Below are positions 1 to 8,186 of a stretch of DNA of 64,000 nucleotides, piece by piece; the first letter of the stretch is position 1, and each line of letters begins with the position of its first letter. The DNA comes from Planctomycetota bacterium (lineage in GTDB: Bacteria > Planctomycetota > B15-G4): assembly GCA_038212275.1 (NCBI GenBank), contig JBBQUR010000003.1, forward strand, positions 192,001-256,000, written 5' to 3'. Below the pieces are notes generated by a model that was not told the DNA's origin, did not search any database, and saw nothing but the letters and a program-made list of their open reading frames with translations. Both the position numbers and the translations under genes were made by a program.

Positions 1-410
1 TGATGCGGCGCACGGGCGACAGGTCGCCGTCGACGAAGACCGCGCCGAGCACGGCCTCCACGGCATCGGCGACGACGGACGCGGGCGTCCTGCCCGAGGT
101 GCGGATGCCGGGCCCGAGCGTCAGCAGCGCATCGAGGTCCCAGTGCTCCGCGACCTTGCTGAGCGCATGCCGCGAGACCACGGCGCTCTTGATGCGCGAC
201 AGCTCGCCCTCCTCGCGCTCCGGGAAGCGGTGGTAGAGATCCTGCGCGATGCACAGGCCCAGTACGGAATCACCCAGGAATTCCAGGCGTTCATTGGGGA
301 GCTGCGCCTCGCTGCGCGCCGAAGCGTGGGTCAGCGCCATCGCGGCGAGGCACTTGTCGTGGAAGACGTAGCCGAGCACGCGCTCCAGCGCGGCGATGCG
401 TTCCTCGTCG
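1..410 (-). other. rnc: RNase III nuclease domain, the C-terminal part of the fusion (partial)
   Basis: Contains LERVLGYVF, ALTHAS, the signature NERLEFLGDS (starting at 295), EGELSRIKSAVVS and ADAVEAVLGAVFVDG. Confidence 0.92.
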
Positions 411-1615
411 GCGGGCGTCGGCTCGGGAGCCGGCACCGCGTTGCGCGCGGCGGCGAGCCGGCGCCACTCGTCCATCGCGAAGCGGTCGGTCATGCCGGCG
501 ACGTAATCACACACGCTTCGGCCGAGGCCGTCGCGCTCGATGCGCCTGCGATAGTCCGCGGGGAGCTGGCCCGGGTGGCCCTGGTAGTGCGTGACGATGA
601 CGGCGATGGCCTCGCGCGCCGTGGCCGCCGAGCGCAGCACGCGCGGGTGCCGGTAGAAACGCTCCAGCAGGAAGCCCGCGAGCTGCCGATGCTGGGCGCC
701 GCGCGCCGGCGAGAAGCGCACGAGGCGCCCCGGCTGCGCGGCGACGTCCTCGGCGTTGCGCGCGCCGCACGCCGCGAGGTGCTTGCTGGACTGCGCGACG
801 ATGTCGTGCAGCGAGGTGCGCACGATGCGCGAGAGCACGGTCTTGCGCGCCGGCGGCACGCTGGCCGACGCGCCGCCCTCGCCGGCCGCGCGCGCCTCCT
901 CGTCGGCCTGGCGCCAGATGTCCAGGCCCTGCAGATCCTCCTCGCGCAGGATGCCGGCGCGCAGGCCGTCCTCCAGGTCGTGGTGCTGATACGCGGTGCT
1001 GTCCGCGAGGTCCACGCACTGCGCCTCGAGCAGCAGGCCCGCGGAGACCGGCGCGCCGAGGCCCGCATCGCCGCCGTGCTTCAGGATGGAGCGTCGCAGC
1101 GCGTGCGTGAGGTTGAGGCCCTCGCGGTCCGGGTAGGGGCTCTCCAGCACATCGATGATGCGCAGCGCCTGGCGATTGTGATCGAAGGGCACGCCGCAGC
1201 GCTCGTCCAGGATGCGCTCGCCCTCGTGCCCGAACGGCGGGTGGCCGATGTCGTGCACCAGCGCGAGCGCCTCGCCGAGGCCCTCGTTGAGGCGCAGCGC
1301 GAGGCACAGGTAGCGCGCCATCTGCGCGACCTCCAGCGTGTGCGTCAGCCGCGTGCGGTAGAAGTCGCCCTCGTCGATGACGAAGACCTGCGTCTTGTCC
1401 TTCAGCCGCCGGAACGCCCCGCAGTGCACGATGCGATCGCGGTCGCGCACGAAGGCCGGGCGGAATGGGTCAGGCTCTTCCGCGACGGGCCGGGCGTCGT
1501 TGGCGTCGGAGAAGCAGGCGAGCGGCGAGAGCCACTCGTGCTCGCGGCGCTCGGCGTCGGTGCGGACGGAGATCTCGGGCGCTGCGAGATCGCTCCCGGG
1601 ATGGGGCGTGAGCAT
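1..1615 (-). CDS. dgt: dGTP triphosphohydrolase (HD family) fused in frame to ribonuclease III; 3' end runs off the window
   Basis: Manual translation from ATG 1615 gives FVRDRDRIVHCGAFRRLKDKTQVF, RTRLTHTLEVAQ, HDIGHPPFGHEGE, DLADSTAYQHHDLEDG and DYVAGMTDRFA. It continues with no stop into ALTHAS..NERLEFLGDSVLG. The ORF is absent from the track because it has no in-window stop. Confidence 0.92.
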   Translation of the reverse strand, partial: MLTPHPGSDLAAPEISVRTDAERREHEWLSPLACFSDANDARPVAEEPDPFRPAFVRDRDRIVHCGAFRRLKDKTQVFVIDEGDFYRTRLTHTLEVAQMARYLCLALRLNEGLGEALALVHDIGHPPFGHEGERILDERCGVPFDHNRQALRIIDVLESPYPDREGLNLTHALRRSILKHGGDAGLGAPVSAGLLLEAQCVDLADSTAYQHHDLEDGLRAGILREEDLQGLDIWRQADEEARAAGEGGASASVPPARKTVLSRIVRTSLHDIVAQSSKHLAACGARNAEDVAAQPGRLVRFSPARGAQHRQLAGFLLERFYRHPRVLRSAATAREAIAVIVTHYQGHPGQLPADYRRRIERDGLGRSVCDYVAGMTDRFAMDEWRRLAAARNAVPAPEPTPADEERIAALERVLGYVFHDKCLAAMALTHASARSEAQLPNERLEFLGDSVLGLCIAQDLYHRFPEREEGELSRIKSAVVSRHALSKVAEHWDLDALLTLGPGIRTSGRTPASVVADAVEAVLGAVFVDGDLSPVRRI

Positions 1616-2382
1616 GGGACAGCCTCGTGGGGCTGCCCGCGGCGGGAAGCGGCCCGACATCGCCAGGTCTCGCGCCGCCGCGCCGCATGCGCGTGCCGAG
1701 CGTCAGGAGTCCGGAAGGGTCGCTTGCCGTCATGGGCAGGGCGGACAGGATAGCGCGATCGACGGGGCAGTCGGTGGTCCGGAAAGCCGCGGCAGTCCGG
1801 CCATCGGCAGGCGCAGGTGGCGGATCGCCGCTCGTCAGGTCACCTTCCGGGATGCAGGCATCCTCGATCCAGGGTCGGTGGGTGACGCACGTAGGCGGCA
1901 TCCCGGAGGTGCCCATCATGCGGCGCACCGGCCCTGACTGTGTGGCTGACGACGGCTTGCGCCTGCATGCCGGTGTCTGCGCGCCGGGTGGGCCGCGCGA
2001 GAGGATCCAGGCGCTCGTGCCCGTGCGCTGTCACGCCGGCTTCGGCTCACGCCGGGCGTGCGCTGCCTGCAGCCAGGTCCGCGTCTGCGCGTTTCCAGCA
2101 GGTTGGTGCACGTGTTGTAGCCGGCGCGGCTGATCGAGAGTTGTGCGCGCGCGAGGCACGGCAGGAAGTCGGGGCCGAAGGGCCGCAGCACGAACGGGCC
2201 GGTCGGTGGCGCCGAAGTGTTCCCCGAGGCGGGCAAATGCCGGATCGGCGTGCACGAGCACCGCGTCGAAGCCGTCGCGCGGGCTTGCCAGCACGCGCTC
2301 GTCGTCTGCGCAGGCCTCCTCCTGCCGCGTCCGCGGAGCGGCTGTCAATGCGATCGGTCGGCCGGTAGGCTCCGCGATCGCC

Positions 2383-3549
2383 GTGGCGCACCGATCCTTT
2401 CGCTACCTCGACAGCCGACTCCGCGTCCACGCGGATGACGAGACTCTGCGCTGGCTGGAAGAGTTCCTGACTCCGTCGTTCGTGGTGGGTGACGACGCAG
2501 GTGACGGTGACGACGCAGGTGACGGTGACGACGCAGGTGACACCGACGGGCCAGCGCGCGCGCACTGGGTCGTTCGACTGCAGCGCGATGCGGCTCGCTA
2601 CGCGGCACTCTCGGCGACCGCGCTTCACGAGGAGCGCCGGCCGCTTCCTGCCTTCGCGCTCGACACCGAGGTGCGCTGCTACCCGGGACACGTGCACGAA
2701 GGCCAGTCGGTGCTCTTCGATGAACAGGACGAATGCCTGATCCGGCTGCACGAGGACGGCGCCGACATCGTCGCGCCCCCGCACTCGGCGGGCTGTCGCC
2801 TGGCGCTGCTGCGCGTCGTGCGCGAGCTCGCCGTGCAGGCGCACCGGCGCGTGAGCGGCGGGCTGTCGCTGCACGCAGCCGCGTTCGCCGTCGGCGAGGA
2901 GGCCGTGATCGTCGCCGGCCCGAAGAACGCCGGCAAGACGACGCTGCTGGTGGACGCGCTGCGCGGCGGTGAGGCTCGCTTCATCGCGAACGACCGGGCC
3001 TTCGTCACGCTCGGCTCTCGCACGACCTCGGTTTCCGGAGTGCCCACGGTGGTGAGCGTCAGACCGGGGACGCTGGAAAAATGCCCGGAGCTGCTGCGCG
3101 GCATCGCGCGCGTGCCGCGCACGTCGCTTCACTCGCTGGAGGAGATGCGGGCTGCGCTTGCGCGGCACGAAGGCCAGGGCGGCGCGGAGCCGCTGCGGAT
3201 CTCTCCCGCGCAGTTTCTCGCGTCGCTGAAGGCGAGCGCCGTGCGCGGCGGCCGTCTCTCCGCGATTCTCGCGTGCGAGATCAGCCAGGACATCCGGGGA
3301 CACCGCCTCGATCGGCTCGCGATCGCCGACGCGACCGCCGCGCTGGAGCGCTGCCGCTACGGCAGCGGCGCGCAGCGCACCGTGTTCTCCGATCTCGCTG
3401 GTCGCGGCGAGCTGCCCGACGACACCCGCCTTGCCGGCAAGCTGGCCGGCCGGATTCCCGTCTTCCGCTGCCGCCTCGGGCGCGGCGCCTGCGCTCCGCC
3501 GGAGGGCGCTTCGGCGCTGCTGCGCGAGGTGCTGCAAGGCGTGTCGTGA
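2383..3549 (+). CDS. HPr kinase-like P-loop kinase
   Basis: LHAAAF..IVAGPKNAGKTT (Walker A) and FIANDRAFV, an HprK-like acidic motif. Start uncertain; the frame is open from 2143. Confidence 0.65.
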   Translation: MAHRSFRYLDSRLRVHADDETLRWLEEFLTPSFVVGDDAGDGDDAGDGDDAGDTDGPARAHWVVRLQRDAARYAALSATALHEERRPLPAFALDTEVRCYPGHVHEGQSVLFDEQDECLIRLHEDGADIVAPPHSAGCRLALLRVVRELAVQAHRRVSGGLSLHAAAFAVGEEAVIVAGPKNAGKTTLLVDALRGGEARFIANDRAFVTLGSRTTSVSGVPTVVSVRPGTLEKCPELLRGIARVPRTSLHSLEEMRAALARHEGQGGAEPLRISPAQFLASLKASAVRGGRLSAILACEISQDIRGHRLDRLAIADATAALERCRYGSGAQRTVFSDLAGRGELPDDTRLAGKLAGRIPVFRCRLGRGACAPPEGASALLREVLQGVS

Positions 3550-4286
3550 CGCGGCACGCGCTCGAGTCGGCGCTCGGCCGCTCGCTGGATCCCGTGCGCG
3601 CCGCATTGGGAAGCGAGGTGGTGACATGGACGCCTAACTCCCCGCTTCCGGCGGGCGGCTCGGCGCGGGCGGCGTACCGCGTGGGGCTGGCCGACGGCCG
3701 TAGCGTCAAGCTCAGGCGTCTGCGCGAGCCGAGCCAAGGGCGCCTGATCGCCGGCTGGCTCGCCGAGCTGAACGATGCGCATTTCGCGCGGATTCTGCTG
3801 CACCACGAGGACCTCCTCGTCGAGGAGTGGATCGACGGTGTGCCGCTCATTGCGGATGCCAGTCTGGCGCGCGAGCTGGCCGGGGCGCTCGATCCGGGCG
3901 CGACGGTCGCGGGTCTGTGTCACGGCGACTTCTGCGCGGAAAACATGCTGCTCGCCACGGACGGCCGGTTGCGCGTGATCGACAACGAATCCCTCGCCGT
4001 CGCGCCGATCGATCGCGACGTGGCACGCACCTTCGTGCGCTGGCCGATGAGCGCCGCCGTGCGGGAGGCCTTCCTGGACGGCTATGCGGCCCGGCGCGAT
4101 CCGGCCACGGCGTTGCGGCACGAGCGTTTCTGGCGGCTGTGCGTCTCGGTGCGGAGCGCTCACCTCCGCGCCGTTCGCAAGCGTATGGACGCGACGGCGG
4201 CGCTCGCCGAGATCGCCGCACTGCTGGAGCCGACAGGCCGACCCGCGAACCGCTTTCCGGAGGATGCAGGCGCGTCGTCGGTGTGA
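3546..4286 (+). CDS. Aminoglycoside/choline phosphotransferase (APH-like) family kinase
   Basis: Motifs VKLR, EEWIDG, CHGDFCAENML and VIDNE. The GTGA start overlaps the upstream stop. Confidence 0.7.
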   Translation: MTRHALESALGRSLDPVRAALGSEVVTWTPNSPLPAGGSARAAYRVGLADGRSVKLRRLREPSQGRLIAGWLAELNDAHFARILLHHEDLLVEEWIDGVPLIADASLARELAGALDPGATVAGLCHGDFCAENMLLATDGRLRVIDNESLAVAPIDRDVARTFVRWPMSAAVREAFLDGYAARRDPATALRHERFWRLCVSVRSAHLRAVRKRMDATAALAEIAALLEPTGRPANRFPEDAGASSV

Positions 4287-4407
4287 CGATCTCCGCGCGG
4301 CAGCCCGCGTTGCGGATGGCCAGGTGGTGGCTGCAGGGTTTTCCTCTGCGCCTCGCGCCGGCCGAACGCTCGGGCAACCCGGCCGCCTCGACGTCGCAGC
4401 GGTCCAG

Positions 4408-6336
4408 CTATGGTGCCGGTACCGGGGTCGGGGTCGGGGTCGGAGCCGAGCCGAGCGTCGAGCGGAAGGTCTCGAGGGCAAGCTTGCGCGCCTCTGGCGT
4501 GGCCGTGTTGCCCATGTGTCCGCCGGCTGGCCAGATCTGGATCCGGTTCCCGAAGACCGACCGCTGCCAGGCGCGGTCCTCCTCGGTCTGCAGCCAGTCC
4601 TTCTCGTTGGTGAAGACGTGGATCCTGTCGTTGGCGCGCAGGCCGGCTTCGACGGAGTGCAGGCTGCAGTTCTCGAACATCACGGTGTCGCTCGAGATCG
4701 CCGGATCGCGGCTGCGGAAGTAGGGCAGCGCGAAGGCATAGAAATACTCCATGAACGAGTAGTCGGCGATCTCCGCATAGGCGGGGCCGCGCTCGTCCGC
4801 CACCAGCGGCGTCTTCAACACGCCCATGTCGTGCCGGAACTGCGTGTCCCAGAGGATGTTCATCAGCGTGAGCCGGAAGCTCAGGCCGATCAGATACTCG
4901 GCCATCCGCTCGCCGATGGGAATCGGCTTGCCCGGCTCGAGGTCGCCCGACTCGCCGACCTTCAGCGCCATCTGCACCGTGCTCATCATCGCTTCCTCGC
5001 GCTCGTCCGGCGGCAGCACGAGGGCTGCGTTGTAGAAGCGGTCGAGCTGCTTCGCCGCGTACTCGAGGCGGACCGGTGACGCGACGGAGTAGTACTCGTC
5101 GAAGCGCAGCAGGTCGTTGCCTGGATCCCGCTCCTTCGCGGCCATGAAGAGCGTGTGCATGGCTCCGAGCGAGAGGCCGATGACGCCCTTCTTTCCCATG
5201 CTTCCCGGATGTCTCGCAGCGATGTCCTTCGCGATCAGGTCGAGCGCGACGTGCGTGTCGTGCGCATCCACCGGTTCGTAGCCGGGCAGGTCGACGGACA
5301 GCGCGTTCTGATAGAACTCGAAGTTCATCGAGTTGCTGATGGTCACAGCCGAGCAGCCGGCCGCCCAGGCCCACTCGGCCGTCGCCGTCGCGTGATTGGA
5401 GAGCCGGTGGCTGCCCGTGCCCGGCACCACGAAGACGATCGGCGCCGGCTTCGGCTGCAGCCAGAGCGTGTAGGGCAGCTCGCGGCCGGTCGACGGGATC
5501 GTCACCGTCTCGGTCACTCCTTCGCCCACGAAATCCGGGTCCGTCGGCGCGAAGAAGACAGCCTCCAGCGTCTCGACCTCCCCGCTCTCGGGCGCCGGAC
5601 GGTACTGAAAACGCACCAGGTCGGCGGACCGCTGCACGCTGTAGAGCACGTGCAGCAGCAGGTACACCGTGTCGTTGGTTTCGGCAAGTTTCTCGTACTT
5701 CGGCGTGAGGTCGCTGGACTTGTTGAGGTAGACGAGCGGCGCGACGAAAGGGATCCAGGTGCCGATGTTGAGCAGCGTGTCGGGCACGAGGCCGACGGTG
5801 TCGCGCGTGTCGTCGGGACCGAGGACCGGCACCACGAGATAGTTCGGGTCTTTCCAGCCGGCGGCCTCGAGGGACAGGCCCGTGTCCTCGGGCGGCGGCG
5901 CATGGATGCCCCACGAGTCGGCCGGATCGAAGAAGCCGAGCAGGCCGACGATCGTGTTGATCAGGAAGCGTCCGGTCTCCGTGCCCGCAGTCCCGAATTC
6001 TCCCTGCACGAGGTTGTTCACGCCGCGCACGGGGAAGGCCAGGTTGTCGCCGAACTGGGCGATGTGCTTGCGCACGGGCTCGCCGAAAATGAAGCGCCAG
6101 CCCTTGCCGATCGGCTCGAGCACGTAGCGCCACGTCCCGTCGTTGAATGTGGCCGTGCCGCGGTTCGTCGGCTCGAGAGGGTCCGGCATGAGCGGGAGGA
6201 ACGGTACCTCCTCCTGCTGGAAATAGCGGGCCCCGGGCCCGTCGTACGCCGACCAGTCGCGGCGCTCGGTCACGACCGTTGTGGTGCAGCCGGCAAAGAC
6301 GAGAACGGTGCCGAAGAGCAGGAGGCAGCGGATCAT
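4408..6336 (-). CDS. mlaA: MlaA/VacJ lipoprotein fused to an alpha/beta hydrolase
   Basis: Lipobox FAGC; VacJ motifs DPLEPTNR, RFLINTIVGLLGFFDPA, EDTGLSL and YLVVPVLGP; then GLSLG (nucleophile elbow) and a C-terminal GGHMGN. Confidence 0.8.
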   Translation of the reverse strand: MIRCLLLFGTVLVFAGCTTTVVTERRDWSAYDGPGARYFQQEEVPFLPLMPDPLEPTNRGTATFNDGTWRYVLEPIGKGWRFIFGEPVRKHIAQFGDNLAFPVRGVNNLVQGEFGTAGTETGRFLINTIVGLLGFFDPADSWGIHAPPPEDTGLSLEAAGWKDPNYLVVPVLGPDDTRDTVGLVPDTLLNIGTWIPFVAPLVYLNKSSDLTPKYEKLAETNDTVYLLLHVLYSVQRSADLVRFQYRPAPESGEVETLEAVFFAPTDPDFVGEGVTETVTIPSTGRELPYTLWLQPKPAPIVFVVPGTGSHRLSNHATATAEWAWAAGCSAVTISNSMNFEFYQNALSVDLPGYEPVDAHDTHVALDLIAKDIAARHPGSMGKKGVIGLSLGAMHTLFMAAKERDPGNDLLRFDEYYSVASPVRLEYAAKQLDRFYNAALVLPPDEREEAMMSTVQMALKVGESGDLEPGKPIPIGERMAEYLIGLSFRLTLMNILWDTQFRHDMGVLKTPLVADERGPAYAEIADYSFMEYFYAFALPYFRSRDPAISSDTVMFENCSLHSVEAGLRANDRIHVFTNEKDWLQTEEDRAWQRSVFGNRIQIWPAGGHMGNTATPEARKLALETFRSTLGSAPTPTPTPVPAP

Positions 6337-6785
6337 GGAACACTCACTTCTGCACGGTGGCGGACGATGGATGGGGCGCATGAGCGGCAGGCGCTCCCAC
6401 CCTAACCGGCGCCCGCAGCGTTTCTCCACCCGTGACCGGGCCGCCGCTTCGTCCTCCACACCGGACACGCGCGCCACGCGGTGGAAGATCGCCTGTGGTG
6501 CACCAGGAGGGCGTCCGCCGGACACGATCGCTTCGCAGTCGATCCCGGTTCCCGACGATGCCGTGCTGCTCCGATGCACGGTGCATCTCCAGGCGCTCGT
6601 GCTGGACGGGTTCGGCCCGAAGGGCGGCCGGCTCACGACCAACGTCGCGGTCGAGCTGCCGCAGGCACGGCCCGCGGCCGCCGCCGCCCTGAATTCGCGA
6701 CCTGCAGATGGAAGGTGTGCGAAGCTTCCGACACGCAAGGCGCACGCGCTGATGAGTGGCTGCCGCCACGGGAGAATCCTTCGTC

Positions 6786-7958
6786 ATGAAGACCATCGAA
6801 CGTCTCTTCACCTTGCTGGCTGTCGGCATGCTGCAGGTCACGGTGTGCGCGGGCGACGTCCTGCAGCGTGCTGCGGTCGCGCCGCAGCCGGATGCCTTGC
6901 GCGAACGCATCGAGAAGCTCGGCTGGGAACTCTGCGAGCAGCATCAGGTGCCGGGCGTGGCCGTGGCGGTGGTGCGGGAGGGAAAACTCGCGTGGGTGCA
7001 GTGCTGCGGCTGGGCGGACATCGAGCAGGAGCAGGAAGTCACCGCCGAGACGGTCTTCAACATCGGCTCGATCTCGAAGACGGTCGCGGCGTGGGGCGTG
7101 ATGAAGCTGGTCGAGGACGGCAAGCTGTCACTCGACACTCCGGTCGTGCCGAAGCGCTGGCAGCTGCCGACGTCGGAGTTCGACGCGCGCGGCGTGACCC
7201 TGCGCCGCCTGCTCTCGCACACGGCGGGGCTCTCGCTTCACGGCTACCCGGGCTTCTGGCCGCCCGCCGAACTGCCGTCGCTGGAGGCCTCCCTCGGCGG
7301 CGACACGCATGGCGCGGGCGCCGTGCACATCGAGCTCGAGCCCGGCACGACGTGGCAGTACTCGGGTGGTGGATACACGATCGCGCAACTCCTCGTGGAA
7401 GAGGCGAGCGGTCTCCCCTTCGCGCCCTTCATGCAGGCCACCGTGCTCGGGCCGCTCGGCATGACCCATTCGGCTTATGGCTGGACGCCCGAGGTCCTCG
7501 CGCACTCCGCCACGCCCTACGACGAGGACGGCAAGCCTCTGCCGCGCGGTGGACCCTGCTTTCCCGAGCTGGCGGCCGCAGGCTTCCAGACCACGGCGGC
7601 CGACCTCGCGCAGTTCGCCTGCGCCGGCATGACGCACTTCCGTGCGAACGACGCCGCGCACGTGCTGAAGCCCGAGACCATCGAGTTGATGCAGTCCCCC
7701 TCGCCGCCTGCTGCCAACTGGGGCCTCGGCTACGACGTGCGCGACGAGCGCGGCCTGCGCCTCGTCGGCCACGGCGGCGCGAATCAAGGCTGGATGGCGC
7801 AGCTGACGCTCGCTCCCGCCAGCGGCGACGCCATCGTGATCCTGACGAACGGCTCCAACGGCAACGCGCTGATCGGTCCGCTCCTGAAGGAATGGATCGA
7901 TTCCGTGGCCGCAGCCGTCGCCGCACGCGCATCACAGGGCGCCGACACGCCGCGCTGA
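6786..7958 (+). CDS. Secreted serine hydrolase, beta-lactamase class C/AmpC-like family
   Basis: Signal peptide, FNIGSISK (SxxK), LLSHTAG, YSGGGY and GHGG. Confidence 0.88.
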   Translation: MKTIERLFTLLAVGMLQVTVCAGDVLQRAAVAPQPDALRERIEKLGWELCEQHQVPGVAVAVVREGKLAWVQCCGWADIEQEQEVTAETVFNIGSISKTVAAWGVMKLVEDGKLSLDTPVVPKRWQLPTSEFDARGVTLRRLLSHTAGLSLHGYPGFWPPAELPSLEASLGGDTHGAGAVHIELEPGTTWQYSGGGYTIAQLLVEEASGLPFAPFMQATVLGPLGMTHSAYGWTPEVLAHSATPYDEDGKPLPRGGPCFPELAAAGFQTTAADLAQFACAGMTHFRANDAAHVLKPETIELMQSPSPPAANWGLGYDVRDERGLRLVGHGGANQGWMAQLTLAPASGDAIVILTNGSNGNALIGPLLKEWIDSVAAAVAARASQGADTPR

Positions 7959-8186
7959 GGACACGCGCGTTGCTGTTTGGAATGGACGCGATCGCCGTCC
8001 GCGGCTGCTGCCCGTCCTGCAGGAGCGAGGATCTCCCGGCGTTGGCCAGCGCGCGCTCAGAGTTCGCGGAGCGTCACGAGGACCTGCGAAAGGCGCTGTC
8101 TTTCCAGGAGGAGTCACTGCTCTTCGGCGGAGATGATCCCGAGGAGTTGAACGGGGCGCAGTCCGCGAGGAGCAGTGCCTTCCGCG

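Noticed and set aside
143..1753. 536-aa plus-strand ORF and similar long ORFs (8274-11249, 15129-18002, 35696-38518, 49088-52279)
   Set aside because: These are antisense shadows of real genes in high-GC DNA and carry no motifs.
1627..2133. Cys-rich ORF upstream of the kinase pair as a possible RiPP precursor
   Set aside because: No clear RBS, no leader motif, atypical codon usage, and no maturase nearby.
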